The notes below the pieces were generated by a model. It ran no database searches and was not told the DNA's origin. It was given only the letters and a program-made list of their open reading frames with translations. From contig NZ_MWQY01000011.1 of assembly GCF_002087085.1 (NCBI RefSeq), forward strand, positions 1-64,000: 64,000 nt of DNA, written 5' to 3'. The translations under genes were made by a program, and so were the position numbers. This document shows positions 10,567 through 22,186 of the stretch, in pieces. Numbering within the stretch: position 1 is the stretch's first letter; each line of letters starts with the position of its first letter.

Positions 10567-12456
10567 CGGGACTCCGGACTCTCTGCCGATGAGGCGGAAG
10601 AACTCCTCCCGTTCGAGCACCTCTTTTTCCAGCAGCTGTGCAGTAACCTTTTCCAAAAGATCCCGCTTTTCATCCAGGAAGTTTTTCACCTGCCGATAAC
10701 GCTCGTTTATCATACGGGAGATCTCCTCATCGATGTAGCTCTGGGTCGATTCGGCGTATTCTCTCTGCAGGAAGGGATCCCGGGTTCCCAGCATCGGTGC
10801 GGAGCGTTTTGAGAGGGCGACGTTCTTGAAGCGCTCACTCATACCGTATTCGGTAATCATGCTGCGGCTGATGTCCGTGGCCCGGCTCAGATCGTTGGCC
10901 GCGCCGGTGGAGACCATGCCGAAGCTCAGCTCTTCAGCGGCCCTGCCCCCCAGGAGGACGTCAATTTTACCCAGCAGCTCCTCCTGGGTCAGCAGGTAAC
11001 GGTCTTCCGTGGGTGTCTGGAGGGTGTATCCCAGGGCGCCGAATCCCCGGGGAACGATGGATATCTTGGAGACAGGGTCCGATCCGGGGGTAAAGGCTGC
11101 CACCAGGGCATGCCCGGTCTCGTGGTATGCCACGGTACGGCGTTCCTGGGGATTTATGAGCTTGCTCTTTTTCTCAAGTCCCGCAACGACCTTTTCGATG
11201 GCCTCCTTGAAATCCCCGGTGATAATTGTCCGGCGTCCCCGGCGCACCGCCAGCAGGGCGGCCTCGTTGACGATATTCGCCAGGTCCGCCCCGACGAAGC
11301 CGGGGGTCATACGGGCGATCTCCTCCAGGTCGACGTTCTCCGCCAGTTTGACGTTCTTGCTGTGTATCCTCAGAATTTGTTCCCGTCCGTGGACATCAGG
11401 CCGGTCGACCAGTACCTGCCGGTCAAAGCGCCCGGGTCTGAGCAGGGCCGGGTCCAGAATTTCCGGCCGGTTGGTGGCCGCAAGAATAATAACCCCCGAG
11501 GCGGCATCGAATCCGTCCATCTCCACCAGAAGCTGGTTCAGGGTTGTCTCCCGCTCATCGTTGCCCCCCATGGCGTTTACCCGGGATTTGCCGATGGCGT
11601 CCAGTTCGTCGATAAAGATGATACAGGGGGCTTTTGTACGGGCCTGCTTGAAGAGGTCACGCACCCTGGCAGCCCCGACGCCGACGAACATTTCCACAAA
11701 GTCGGCACCGCTCATGCGAAAAAAGGGTACCCCCGCGTTTCCGGCCACTGCTCTGGCAAGGAGGGTTTTTCCCGTCCCCGGGGGGCCGACAAGAAGAATC
11801 CCTTTGGGGATTTTTCCGCCGATGTCCAGGTATTTGTCGGGAACTTTCAGGAAGTCCACCACTTCGACGAGTTCCTCCTTCGCTTCGTCTGCTCCGGCCA
11901 CGTCCTCGAAGGTGACCCCGGTGGAACCTTCCGCAACGATAATGGATTTATTTTTTCCGAAGGACATAACGTTGCTGCCCATATCTCCCATACGCTTGAA
12001 CATGAAGCGCCAGAGGAGAACCAGGACAACCAGGGGAAGCAGCCAGCCAAGTATCAGGTTGAGCAGAGCCGGTTCCTGCTGGATTACCGCATAATAATTG
12101 ATCCCCTTTTCTTCCAGCAGGGGAACGAAACCCGGATCATCCACGGGTACTGTACGATAGACAAAAGACGATTGTTCCTGCGGTTCCTCCGGCCGGTCAG
12201 TCATGCCGAGATAGTAGTTTCCCCCCATTTCGACGCGGGTAATTTCTCCGTCGCGGATTCTCTCTTTAAACTCGCTGTAGGGGATTGTACGGTGATTCTG
12301 CACATTCTGCCCGATAAGGGCGTTGAAAATCATCAGCCCAAGAAGAACAGCGACAAAATAGCCGAAGGTAAAGCGATGTTTTTCGAAAAAGGGTTTGTCC
12401 TTCTGGGGACCGTGGTCGCAGTCCTCGTTGTCCCAACAGCCTTTCTTGTCTGCCAT
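10537..12456 (-). CDS. ftsH: ATP-dependent zinc metalloprotease FtsH
   Basis: Two TMs, [16 protein letters not shown], second region of homology [18 protein letters not shown] zinc motif. Confidence 0.95.
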   Translation of the reverse strand: MADKKGCWDNEDCDHGPQKDKPFFEKHRFTFGYFVAVLLGLMIFNALIGQNVQNHRTIPYSEFKERIRDGEITRVEMGGNYYLGMTDRPEEPQEQSSFVYRTVPVDDPGFVPLLEEKGINYYAVIQQEPALLNLILGWLLPLVVLVLLWRFMFKRMGDMGSNVMSFGKNKSIIVAEGSTGVTFEDVAGADEAKEELVEVVDFLKVPDKYLDIGGKIPKGILLVGPPGTGKTLLARAVAGNAGVPFFRMSGADFVEMFVGVGAARVRDLFKQARTKAPCIIFIDELDAIGKSRVNAMGGNDERETTLNQLLVEMDGFDAASGVIILAATNRPEILDPALLRPGRFDRQVLVDRPDVHGREQILRIHSKNVKLAENVDLEEIARMTPGFVGADLANIVNEAALLAVRRGRRTIITGDFKEAIEKVVAGLEKKSKLINPQERRTVAYHETGHALVAAFTPGSDPVSKISIVPRGFGALGYTLQTPTEDRYLLTQEELLGKIDVLLGGRAAEELSFGMVSTGAANDLSRATDISRSMITEYGMSERFKNVALSKRSAPMLGTRDPFLQREYAESTQSYIDEEISRMINERYRQVKNFLDEKRDLLEKVTAQLLEKEVLEREEFFRLIGRESGVPSEQGEPGQV

Positions 12457-12573
12457 AATGATTCCTCTTGTGTTTTCGTTTACTGCACTGTATGCTTCAT
12501 GAAAAGATAGTCAGACTTTCTGAGAACGGCAACAATTTGCACTGCATGCAGTATTGTTTCCATAAAGGGTAGA

Positions 12574-14376
12574 ATGGAATTTCATCTAAGCCTGCCACAA
12601 CTTCCGATTCTCCTGTCTTTTATCGTTTCCTTCACCGTTTTTATTGTGTCCCTTCTCAAATCCGATCGCTATTACGCGGTTTTTCTGCTGCTCCTCATGC
12701 TGGCGATATTCGAATGGTCCGGGGCCTATCTTCTGGAAATATCCGCCCGGGCCTTTCCCCTGATTGTCTTTTTCTCCAAACTCAAGTACTTCGGTATTGC
12801 CTTTGCGCCGGTCTTTTTTCTGCTGTTTACCATGTCCTTTACCGGTACCATGCCGAAGCAGCGTCTTCTGCGGCTTTTGCCGCTGCTCCTGATTATACCC
12901 GCCCTCAATCAGTTCGTTGTGTGGATAGAACCGCTTCATCACTTCTTTTTTTCTGATGTGCGGATTATTCCCGTTGAGAATATGGTCTTTATTCAGCATG
13001 ATTACGGACCGGTTTTCTGGTTTCACACCATCTATTCCTATGGACTCTTGCTTACCGGGGCTTTTATCCTGATCCGGATGCTGGTTTCCGGGGAGGAGAA
13101 GATGACCGGCAGCGTGGTGCTGCTGATTGTCGCGCTTTTTGTGCCCCTTCTGGGTAATGTTCTGCATCTTTTCCGTTTAACCGGGCCAATGCAGTTTATT
13201 GATCTTACTCCCGTGAGTTTCTCCTTTTCCGGGGCTCTGTTCCTGTATGTTATTCTCCGCTACAGGGTGGTCGATTTTGTTCCCATAACTCACCAGCTCA
13301 TTCTGGACAATCTGCGGGAGGTTATCCTGGTCCTGGATCATGAAAACCGGATTATCGAAGTAAACCCGGCGGCAAGCTATCTGTTCAGACAGAATCAGGA
13401 GGATATTCTCGGACATCCTATTCTGGATCTGAGTCTTTCAAACCGTGAGATCATCAGCGGTTTCAAGGATATTTATGATATCGAATGCGAGACGGAGCTG
13501 TATATCCGGGGAGAACAGCGCAGTTTCGAACTGTCCATCGTACCGATTCAGGACAGGCGTCTGCCTTCTCTGGGACGGGTAGTGGTTTTGCGGGACATTA
13601 CCGAGCGAAAGATAGCCGAGTTACAGGCCACCCGAAGCGAACGCATGGAATCCCTGGAGCTTCTGGCCGGTGGAGTATCCCATGATTTCAATAACCTGTT
13701 GAGCGCCATTGTGGGAAATCTCTCCCTGGCGGTTCTTGAGAACCGGGACCCCCTGATCGCGGAATATCTTAAACAGATTGAGTCCGCCCTGGATCAGGCC
13801 CGGGATCTGACCAGGCAGTTGAACAATCTCTCCCGGAAAAGCTGTCCCGAAGCGGAGGCTGTCTCTCTGAAAAGCATGGTGGAGCAGGCTGCGGGTATCT
13901 TTCTCGGGGATTCTCAGATAGAAGCGCGCATGGAAATGACGGATGATTTGTGGAATATCTTTGTTGATCCCGCACAGATCACCCAGGTTGTCAACAATCT
14001 GCTGGTTAATGCCCTTCAGGCTATGCCGGAGGGGGGAAGGATTATCGTGAAGGCGGAGAATATCCGTTTAAGCAGCGGCAATAAACTGAGTCTGAATCCC
14101 GGAACCTACGTTCACGCATGTTTTACCGACACCGGCCCGGGGATCCCGGTGGATAAGCTTCCTCATATCTTCGATCCCTATTACACCACGAAAAAGGACG
14201 GGTCCGGTCTTGGCCTGGCCATGGCCCAGGCTATTGTTCTGAATAACCAGGGGGCCATCTATGCCGAAAGCGGCCCCGGGGGATGCTTCCATCTCTATCT
14301 CCCGGCGTTCACAGAACCTGGGCATGATCAGCAAGTTCCTCCCAGCGCCGGGTCTTCTCGTCGATCAGATGCTTGA
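12574..14376 (+). CDS. Sensor histidine kinase with 7TM input and PAS domain
   Basis: N-terminal multi-TM region, PAS (IIEVNPAA), H-box SHDFNNLL, N-box NLLVNALQAM, DTGPGI and GSGLGL. Confidence 0.88.
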   Translation: MEFHLSLPQLPILLSFIVSFTVFIVSLLKSDRYYAVFLLLLMLAIFEWSGAYLLEISARAFPLIVFFSKLKYFGIAFAPVFFLLFTMSFTGTMPKQRLLRLLPLLLIIPALNQFVVWIEPLHHFFFSDVRIIPVENMVFIQHDYGPVFWFHTIYSYGLLLTGAFILIRMLVSGEEKMTGSVVLLIVALFVPLLGNVLHLFRLTGPMQFIDLTPVSFSFSGALFLYVILRYRVVDFVPITHQLILDNLREVILVLDHENRIIEVNPAASYLFRQNQEDILGHPILDLSLSNREIISGFKDIYDIECETELYIRGEQRSFELSIVPIQDRRLPSLGRVVVLRDITERKIAELQATRSERMESLELLAGGVSHDFNNLLSAIVGNLSLAVLENRDPLIAEYLKQIESALDQARDLTRQLNNLSRKSCPEAEAVSLKSMVEQAAGIFLGDSQIEARMEMTDDLWNIFVDPAQITQVVNNLLVNALQAMPEGGRIIVKAENIRLSSGNKLSLNPGTYVHACFTDTGPGIPVDKLPHIFDPYYTTKKDGSGLGLAMAQAIVLNNQGAIYAESGPGGCFHLYLPAFTEPGHDQQVPPSAGSSRRSDA

Positions 14377-16192
14377 CCTCGTTGTAACGGAGCTTGAGTT
14401 TTCCGTGCCGATCCGGGGGTGTTTCGGGATTGCTGAAAGCCGCTTCTATCTCTGATTTCTCCTTTTCCAGCTTCTCGATGGCGGGCATGAGCTCGGCAAA
14501 CTCCTTCTGTTCCCGGAAACTCAATCTCCGTTTCTCTTCCCGCTGTACCGGGCGTTCCCTGGGGGGCACTCTTTTTTCCGGCTGTCCGCTCCTTTCCTGC
14601 TCTTTCCTGAACTCCAGGTATTCTGAATAGCTCCCGGCAAAGCCGTTTATTCTTCCCTGGCTGTCCAGAACCAGGAGAAAATCGACGCTGCGGTCAAGGA
14701 AGTAGCGGTCGTGGGAGACAATCAGCAGGCAGCCTTCAAAACTGCCCAGAAAGTCCTCCAGAAGTGACAGGGTCTGAATGTCCAGGTCGTTGGTGGGTTC
14801 GTCAAAAATCAGGAAATTCGGGTCCGGCAGCAGAACCTTCAAAAGCTGCAGCCGTCTTCGCTCCCCTCCGGATAGGCGTTTAATCGTGGTATACCATTTT
14901 TCTCTGGGAAAGCTGAACTCCTCCAGTAAGCGGGTAATCTCCTTCGGCTGACCATTCTGCTTTCGGATTACCTCGGCATACTCCTTCAGAAATCCCACCA
15001 CAGTCTGCTTTTCATCGAGCTCCTCGGACATCTGGTCGAAATAGCCGAAACGGGTATTGATGCCCCGGTCGGTCCACCCTTCGTCGGGTTCCACTTCCCC
15101 GGTGATCAGCCGGAGCAGGGTTGTTTTGCCGCTTCCGTTGGGGCCTACCAGGCCGATTCGTTCCCCCCGTTTAAAGGAATAAGTGAAAGCCTTGAAAACC
15201 GGCCGGCCGTCGAAGGACTTGCTTAAGTTTTTTATCTCCAGCACCTTTTTCCCCAGCCTGCGATGGTTTACGCTGAACTCCCGCAGGGACTGGGCCTCCG
15301 CTTCGTCCCGGTCCATCAGGTTGATGATCCGTTCGGTCCGTTTTTTGTCTTTTCCTGTCCTTGCCTTGGGTCCGCGCTTCAGCCATTCCAGTTCCCGGCG
15401 CAGAATTGATTCGCTGCGCTCCTTCTGCCGCGCCCGGGCTGCCAGCCTTTCCTGCCGTTTTTCCATGTAGTAGCTGTAGTTTCCGTCGTAACGGTAGAGG
15501 CTCTGGTCCTCCAGTTCGTAGATCCTGGTCGCCACGGAGTCGAGAAAATAGCGGTCGTGGGTCACCAGCAGCAGGGCTGCCTCTGTCTTTTCCAGATAGT
15601 CCTGAAGCCAGAGGATGGTATCGATATCCAGATGGTTGGTCGGCTCGTCGAGAATAAGCAGGTCTTTTTCTCCCGCCAGGGCCTGGGCCAGGGAAATCTT
15701 TTTTATCATTCCCCCCGAGAGACTCCCCATGGGAAGAGAAAGGTCCGTGATTCCCAGCTCCTGCAGGACTGAGCGGATCCGTGCCTCCGTCTCCCAGGCA
15801 TCCCTGGCATCCATCAGTTCCGTGGCGGCACTCAAGGCGGCCTCTTCCTCTCTGCCGTGGTTTTTGCTGATGGCCTCGGCGGCCTGTTCGTATTGTCGTA
15901 CTATATTCAGAAGAGGATTGTCCTGCCGGAAGATGTGGTCCGCCACGGTCTCCTCGGGGCTGTAAAAGGGGACCTGGGGCTGGTAGGCAATCCGGGCTGC
16001 GCTGTTAACCACGAGTTCCCCGGAGGAGGGCTTAAGGTCCCCCGCCAGTATCCTGAGCAGGGTGGACTTGCCGCTGCCGTTTATGCCGATGAGGGCAGTC
16101 TTTTCTCCCGAATCGACCCCGAAGGAAAGACCGGAGAAGAGGGGCTTGCCCCCCATGCTCATACCGATGTTGTCTATTGAGAGGATATTCAT
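14309..16192 (-). CDS. ABC-F family ATPase (Uup-like)
   Basis: Two ABC domains (GINGSGKS, GPNGSGKT; LDEPTNHLD, FDEPTNDLD), no TM, C-terminal coiled coil. Confidence 0.9.
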   Translation of the reverse strand: MNILSIDNIGMSMGGKPLFSGLSFGVDSGEKTALIGINGSGKSTLLRILAGDLKPSSGELVVNSAARIAYQPQVPFYSPEETVADHIFRQDNPLLNIVRQYEQAAEAISKNHGREEEAALSAATELMDARDAWETEARIRSVLQELGITDLSLPMGSLSGGMIKKISLAQALAGEKDLLILDEPTNHLDIDTILWLQDYLEKTEAALLLVTHDRYFLDSVATRIYELEDQSLYRYDGNYSYYMEKRQERLAARARQKERSESILRRELEWLKRGPKARTGKDKKRTERIINLMDRDEAEAQSLREFSVNHRRLGKKVLEIKNLSKSFDGRPVFKAFTYSFKRGERIGLVGPNGSGKTTLLRLITGEVEPDEGWTDRGINTRFGYFDQMSEELDEKQTVVGFLKEYAEVIRKQNGQPKEITRLLEEFSFPREKWYTTIKRLSGGERRRLQLLKVLLPDPNFLIFDEPTNDLDIQTLSLLEDFLGSFEGCLLIVSHDRYFLDRSVDFLLVLDSQGRINGFAGSYSEYLEFRKEQERSGQPEKRVPPRERPVQREEKRRLSFREQKEFAELMPAIEKLEKEKSEIEAAFSNPETPPDRHGKLKLRYNEVKHLIDEKTRRWEELADHAQVL

Positions 16193-16323
16193 GAATTTTT
16201 AGTTGTAGCCTAATGCCGGGCCTTGTTCAATGCATTTGACGTAGCCGAAGGAGAGAGAACCTGTTACATTAAAGGTCCTGGGGAGACGCTTAACGATACT
16301 TCTCTCCCCGGGAAGGATTGTGG

Positions 16324-17274
16324 ATGAAACGATATACATTGATAATATTTTCGGTTCTCGCGGCTTTTGTCTTTCTGGCAGCCTGTTCCGGTAATGGGGG
16401 CGCCTCTTCCAGTCTGAAGATTACCGCCGATGAGCTGGACAGGGAGGTTCAGAAAACGGTAAGCCAGTATGAAGCCCAGGGGATGAAGGTATCCGAGGAA
16501 CAGAAGGCCCAGCTGCGGGAGGCGGTGCTGACCCAGATGGTGGAGCGAAAGCTCCTGCTCCACGAAGCGCAGATCTCCGGCGTCGAACTTGACCAGGAAA
16601 AGTTTGAAACCGAGTTTGCCTCCATAAAGACCAACTTCCCCACCGACGAGGCCTTTGCCCAGGCCCTTTCCCAGCGGGGTTATACGGAAGAGATGTTCAA
16701 GGCGGAAATGGCCGAGATCATGACGCTGCAGGCTTTTCTGGAAGAGGAGATTTCCTCGAAGATAGAGCTCGGTGAAGAAGAAATGCAGGCTTTTTATGAC
16801 GAGAATCCCGAATACTTCGCAACGGAAGAGTCGGTGACCGCCTCCCATATCCTGATCGAGGTCGACGAGGACGCCGATGAGGCCGAGGAGGCGGAAGCCT
16901 ATGGCAGAATGGAAGAGATCGCCGCCCGGGTCGCCGCGGGGGAGGATTTTGCCGAACTTGCCAGGGAGTACTCTGAAGGGCCCAGTGCCCCCCGGGGAGG
17001 GGACCTTGGCAGTTTTCAGCGGGGTAGCATGGTGCAGATTTTTGAAGACACCGCCTTCGCCCTGGAACCCGGCGGGGTCAGCGACATAATCCGCACCGAG
17101 TTCGGTTTTCATATCATCAAGCTTACCGACCGCAGCGAGGGGGGCACTTTATCCTTTGAGGATGCCCGGGACGCCATTGAAACCTACCTGCGCCAGGAAA
17201 AGGAGCAGGAGGCGGTGACCGCCTATGTTCAGGAACTTAAAGAGAAGTACACCGTAGAAACCCCCGAGGGTTAA
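16324..17274 (+). CDS. Parvulin-type peptidyl-prolyl isomerase lipoprotein (PrsA/SurA-like)
   Basis: Lipobox [35 protein letters not shown]. Confidence 0.88.
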   Translation: MKRYTLIIFSVLAAFVFLAACSGNGGASSSLKITADELDREVQKTVSQYEAQGMKVSEEQKAQLREAVLTQMVERKLLLHEAQISGVELDQEKFETEFASIKTNFPTDEAFAQALSQRGYTEEMFKAEMAEIMTLQAFLEEEISSKIELGEEEMQAFYDENPEYFATEESVTASHILIEVDEDADEAEEAEAYGRMEEIAARVAAGEDFAELAREYSEGPSAPRGGDLGSFQRGSMVQIFEDTAFALEPGGVSDIIRTEFGFHIIKLTDRSEGGTLSFEDARDAIETYLRQEKEQEAVTAYVQELKEKYTVETPEG

Positions 17275-19143
17275 TCATCATCCTCTTCAAAGCCTCCCTG
17301 TTCCGATAAAAGCGGGACCTTCCGGCTGGTTTTGAAAAAACTCATGGTTTCCATCAAATGGTCCGACTGGCTCGACAGCTCTTCCGCTGTCGACGCCAGT
17401 TCTTCCGACGCCGATGCGTTCTGCTGAATCACCTGGTCAAGCTGCATGATCGCCGAGTTTATCTGATCCGCTCCCATGGACTGTTCCCGGCTGGCGGCGT
17501 TGATCTCCTGGATCAGGTCGGCGGTTTTCTGGATGCTTTTTACCAGCCCCGCGATTTTGGTCCCTGTAGCTTCAGCCGTATCCACGCTGGAAGCCGAAAG
17601 CTCCGTTATGCTTCCCGCGGCCGTCTGGCTCCGCTCCGCAAGTTTCCGCACCTCCGAAGCTACAACGGCAAAGCCTTTTCCGGCTTCTCCGGCCCGGGCC
17701 GCCTCTATGGCCGCGTTTAGAGCGAGCATGTTGGTCTGCCGGGCGATATCCTCGATAATGGTGATCTTTTCCGATATCTCCCGCATTGCCTCCACTGTCT
17801 GGTGAACAGATTCTCCGCTTTCGGCAGCTTCACGGGCGGCCTGCTGGGCTATGGCATCGGTACTGACGGCATTGTCGCTGTTCTGCTTGATGCTGGAATC
17901 CATCTCCTCCATGGAAGCCGAGACTTCTTCGGCGGAGGAGGCCTGTTCCGTGGCCCCCTGGGAGAGCTGCTGGGCGGAAGTGGAGAGCTCCCGGCTGCCT
18001 GAAGAGACATACTGGGCGGCGGTTTTTACATCGCTGACAATCTTGTTCAGGTACTGCACCATCTCCGCCAGGGCCGAGGCGAGGATGCCGATCTCATCCC
18101 CCCGGTTTATGTTCAGGGAGACCGTCAGGTCGCCTTGAGCAATCGCCTGGGAAAATCCTACCGCCTTCTGTATTGGTTTGGATATACTGCGGGCAAACAG
18201 AATATAGATAATAACAGAGATCACAATCGAAATAAGACTGATTATTGCAATCATGGTGCTTATCGCCCGCACCGGAGCCAGGTATTCAGCGTTTGCTGAT
18301 TGTCAGGGATATTACCCAGTCTGTCATTTTAAGATGATAGAATCCTGCGGTTTTCGGATCTCCTTTATAGGTGTAACGTTCAATGGCATGATCCTCGCTT
18401 CCTGCACGCTCTGCGTACCTTTCCATCCCCTCCAGGGAATTGATGTTGGTCGTCAGCACCAGAGACGGGTCGGGATGGGCGATTACCAAACCCTGACGAT
18501 CTGTTATGTATGCATAACCGGTTTCTCCGATAGTGCTGGCAGACACAAGGTCTGAAAGAAAACCGATTTTCATGAGACCCGCAATCACCCCTATGGTATT
18601 TCCCGTGGTGTTTTTTACCGGTGCGGCTAATGAAATAAAGGCCTCGTTGTTCACCTTGTCGAAGGAGGCTTTGCTGATCGCCGTTTCCCCTTTCATTGAT
18701 TCCCTGAAATAGTCCCGTTCCGCAAGAGATATTCCGACTGCGTTTGAGTCAGTAGCGGCAACGGCGGTCCCCTTGGAATCGAGGAGAACAAAAGCAACAT
18801 AACGCCCGCTGAACTCGGTCTGTTTCATCATGCTGTTAAAGTGACGACTCACCTGCTCAAGGTGCCCAGTTGCTTCTTCGTCGTTTTGCATGTATAGCGC
18901 TGTCAGAGATTCTATTACAGAAGGCTCGAATGAGAGGCCTTGGACGAAATTCAGTCGTGCTTCAAGGGTGTTTTCAATACCGGAAGAAATATCCCTGGTC
19001 CGGGACAGTATCTGTTCGTCCATCAGGGTGTTTATTGCATCAGTTGAATTTGAAATAGCGAAAAAGCTTACCGCAGCCAATGGTATAATGATGAGTAGAG
19101 ATCCTATGAGGGATAACTTGCTCCCTATCTTCATGTTTCGCAT
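17271..19143 (-). pseudogene. Methyl-accepting chemotaxis protein (dCache-HAMP-MA) split by a +1 frameshift near 18293
   Basis: ORF 18286-19143 encodes TM1 plus a Cache sensor; ORF 17271-18272 encodes TM2, HAMP and the signalling domain ([34 protein letters not shown]). Removing one base from TTT at 18292-18294 joins them as ...[17 protein letters not shown]... Confidence 0.85.
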
Positions 19144-19248
19144 TGTTCTGTCTCCTGTCTTTTTAAATTTTACTTGAACAGGAGTCTTTAAGCAAATTTT
19201 TCTCTGTAAATCTGGCTCTTATGCTCAAGATTGGCTACAATCGGAAAT

Positions 19249-19746
19249 ATGATGGAACGACTGCTGCGGATCCTTCCGGAACGGGCCCGGAAGGCCGAAA
19301 AGGACCAGACCAAGTATCTTCGGCGCCTGAGGGATAAAAATCCGAAAAAACTGGACGAGATGTTCCGGCGTCTGCACGACGAGGTCTTCGCCGATATTGA
19401 CTGCCTGGACTGCGCCAACTGCTGCAAGACAATCAGTCCGCGTTTTAAAAAGCGGGACATCGAACGGATAGCCGGACATTTGAACATGCATCCCAAGACC
19501 TTTCGCCTGACCTACCTGGAGATTGATGAAGACGACGACTGGGTCCTGAAGAAGCTCCCCTGCCCCTTTTTAGGGGAAGACAACTACTGCTCAATCTATG
19601 AGGTTCGGCCGAAGGCCTGCATCGAATATCCTCATACCAACGTCAAAAACATGCGGGGACACCTTGTGATTGCCCGGAAAAACCTCTCCGTATGTCCCGC
19701 GGTCTTCGAGATTGTGGAGCGTCTGCGGAAGGAGTATCCTCTTTAG
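19249..19746 (+). CDS. YkgJ/CxxCxxCC cysteine-cluster protein
   Basis: CLDCANCC, PCPFL...CSIYEVRPKACIEYP. Confidence 0.85.
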   Translation: MMERLLRILPERARKAEKDQTKYLRRLRDKNPKKLDEMFRRLHDEVFADIDCLDCANCCKTISPRFKKRDIERIAGHLNMHPKTFRLTYLEIDEDDDWVLKKLPCPFLGEDNYCSIYEVRPKACIEYPHTNVKNMRGHLVIARKNLSVCPAVFEIVERLRKEYPL

Positions 19747-19761
19747 AACGGGAGAGTCTGG

Positions 19762-21378
19762 ATGAAGAGGCAAAACCGGCATGTCTTTACCCGTTCAGAA
19801 CGCCTGAAGGCGACGGTGCTACGGGGGGTGTTTGTTTTTCTCCTTATTAATCTCATTGCAACCCCCGTCTTCTGGGTTTTTCATCGAATGACCCGGGAAA
19901 CGGTAAGCCGCTCCATTCGTGAGGAGGAGATGCTCGAGATAGCCTACACTGCGGAGCAGATTGTCTCCTCCTACCAGAGTTTCTGGGCCGATGCCCTGTA
20001 CCTCTCCTCCAGCAGGACCCTTATTGCCTGGCTTCAGGACCAGGCCGAATACGAAACCGCCGCAGCCGATCTTCTGAACTTTGCCCGGAGCCGTCGGATG
20101 TACGAGCAGGTACGGTTTTTGGACATGCAGGGCAATGAACGTATCCGGATCAATGAATATAACGGGTATTTTTTTGTTGAAAGCAAGAATGCCCTGCAGA
20201 ATAAAGCCCACCGCTATTACTATCAGGAGAGCGCAAAGCTCAAGCAGGGGGAGATTTATCTGTCCCGGCTGGATCTGAATGTGGAAAACGGCGAAATTGA
20301 GATACCCTACCGGCCGATGGTACGGATCGGGACCCCGGTCTTCGACGATGCGGGAAATAAACGGGGAGTGCTTGTACTTAACATGCCGGGAAACCAGATC
20401 CTTGACTATGTGGATACCCTTTCCGCTGTTCCCTCCAGGCAGGTAATGCTGGTCAACGGCCACGGCTATTGTCTGAAGGGACCTGATCCTGAAAAGGAGT
20501 GGGGCTTCATGTTTGCCGAAAAAAACCGGACAGGCTTTGCCTGGACCTACCCTAAAGCCTGGCAGCGGATATTCTTCGAACATCAGGGGCAATTTTTCCT
20601 CGATAAGGGACTCTACACCTTCGCGGGTATCGATCCGCGGCTTTCCTACGTACCCGTTCTGGACCGGACCTCTGTCCCCCCGGAGAGCATCCATAAACCC
20701 GGGGGCAGCTATCCGCTGAAGCTGATCTCCTTTTACCCCGCCGGGGAGTATCGGGAGCTGCTGTGGGAACGGGCCAAAGGGCTCCTCCTCGGGTACTTTG
20801 CCTCCCTGCTGGTAACCTTTATCTTCTCGCTTATAATCGCCCGTTTCCTGGTAATCCAGCTGGAGAGCCGTAAAATGATAGAACACCTTGCCCTGCATGA
20901 TTCCCTTACGGGACTTCCCACCAGACGGCTGTTTTATGACCGCCTGGAGACTGCTCTGAAGCTGGTTCGCCGTAATCGGCAGCATCTGGCGGTGCTGTTT
21001 CTCGACCTTGATAACTTCAAAAAGCTCAACGACAGCGCGGGACATGAAGCGGGGGATATTCTGCTGGTGGAAACAGCCCGGCGTATACAACAAAACCTGC
21101 GGGAGAGCGACAGCGTTGCCCGGCTGGGGGGAGACGAGTTTGTGGTTCTTCTGGAGAATGTTGATACCCGGGAAGACCTGCGCCTGGTGGCGCAGAAAAT
21201 CCTTTCTGCGGTCCGGGAGCCCTGTGAGATAAAGGGCCGCAGGGTGGCCGTCAGTGTCAGCATCGGGGCGGCCATGGCCCCGGATCAGGCTGAAACTGTG
21301 GATGATATAATCCGCATTGCCGATGAAGAGATGTACACTGCAAAGAGGGCTGGAAAAAACCAGTTGAAGACACTATGA
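19762..21378 (+). CDS. Diguanylate cyclase with periplasmic Cache-type sensor
   Basis: Two TMs flanking a sensor; HDSLTGLP, DLDNFKKLND, RLGGDEF. Confidence 0.9.
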   Translation: MKRQNRHVFTRSERLKATVLRGVFVFLLINLIATPVFWVFHRMTRETVSRSIREEEMLEIAYTAEQIVSSYQSFWADALYLSSSRTLIAWLQDQAEYETAAADLLNFARSRRMYEQVRFLDMQGNERIRINEYNGYFFVESKNALQNKAHRYYYQESAKLKQGEIYLSRLDLNVENGEIEIPYRPMVRIGTPVFDDAGNKRGVLVLNMPGNQILDYVDTLSAVPSRQVMLVNGHGYCLKGPDPEKEWGFMFAEKNRTGFAWTYPKAWQRIFFEHQGQFFLDKGLYTFAGIDPRLSYVPVLDRTSVPPESIHKPGGSYPLKLISFYPAGEYRELLWERAKGLLLGYFASLLVTFIFSLIIARFLVIQLESRKMIEHLALHDSLTGLPTRRLFYDRLETALKLVRRNRQHLAVLFLDLDNFKKLNDSAGHEAGDILLVETARRIQQNLRESDSVARLGGDEFVVLLENVDTREDLRLVAQKILSAVREPCEIKGRRVAVSVSIGAAMAPDQAETVDDIIRIADEEMYTAKRAGKNQLKTL

Positions 21379-22130
21379 AGCTTCTGGAACATCCTGAACG
21401 GCAGATGCAGATTGTCCTGGTACGCCCCGAGGGGGATGCCAATATAGGTGCGGTCTGCAGAGCCATGAAAACAATGGGTTTTACATCCCTGGTCCTGGTT
21501 CGTCCCGATGGACGGGAACCGGATAAGGAGATTGTCCGTACCTGGTCCCTCAGCGCCTATGATGTCTTTGAAGAGGCCAGTTTGTATGCATCCCTTGCCG
21601 ATGCCCTGGCGGATTCCAGCTTCTCTGTCGGATTTACCCGTCGTACCGGTTCCCGCAGAAGAACCCGTTTTTATGATCTGGAAGAGATTGCCCCCGGCAT
21701 TATCCGCCGGGTCCTTGAGTCCGGCGAACTGATTTCCCTGGTGTTCGGCAATGAACAGAGCGGCCTGGACAGCGAAGAACTCGCCCTGTGCAGTGCCGCC
21801 GCATCCATCGAGAGCCACTTCGCCTTCCCCTCCCTGAATCTGTCCCATGCTGTGCAGATCGTCTGCTATTCCCTGCGGCGGGCCCTCATGGGGGCAGCCT
21901 CCGGGACTCCGGGAGATCCGGGGATAACCCGCAGGGAAGCAGAGACTGTCGCGGAGAATATAACGGAGGAACTCCGGACCATCGGTTTCTTTACCCTGGC
22001 TGACAGTACCTGGCTGCGGAACTTCTTCCGGGATCTTGTTGAACGGGCCGGACTGAATTCCCGGGAAAGCGAATATCTGAAATCCCTCTTCGAGAAGATC
22101 AGGAATCTGAAGCTGCACCGCCCGGAATAA
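21375..22130 (+). CDS. TrmJ/LasT-type SPOUT RNA methyltransferase
   Basis: IVLVRP...NIGAVCRAMK, VFGNEQSGL, PSLNLSHAV. Confidence 0.85.
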   Translation: MKLLEHPERQMQIVLVRPEGDANIGAVCRAMKTMGFTSLVLVRPDGREPDKEIVRTWSLSAYDVFEEASLYASLADALADSSFSVGFTRRTGSRRRTRFYDLEEIAPGIIRRVLESGELISLVFGNEQSGLDSEELALCSAAASIESHFAFPSLNLSHAVQIVCYSLRRALMGAASGTPGDPGITRREAETVAENITEELRTIGFFTLADSTWLRNFFRDLVERAGLNSRESEYLKSLFEKIRNLKLHRPE

Positions 22131-22186
22131 TACCGGCTACCTCGTAATCACTGGTCAATCCGGTGATCCTGTAGTACCTTAAATCC

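Noticed and set aside
453..12510. Long antisense ORFs (e.g. 453-1628, 7968-9110, 9019-10128, 11110-12510; similarly 19819-21093, 41254-42402, 61047-62222)
   Set aside because: They are shadows of well-supported genes, expected with GC-rich codon bias, and carry no recognisable motifs.
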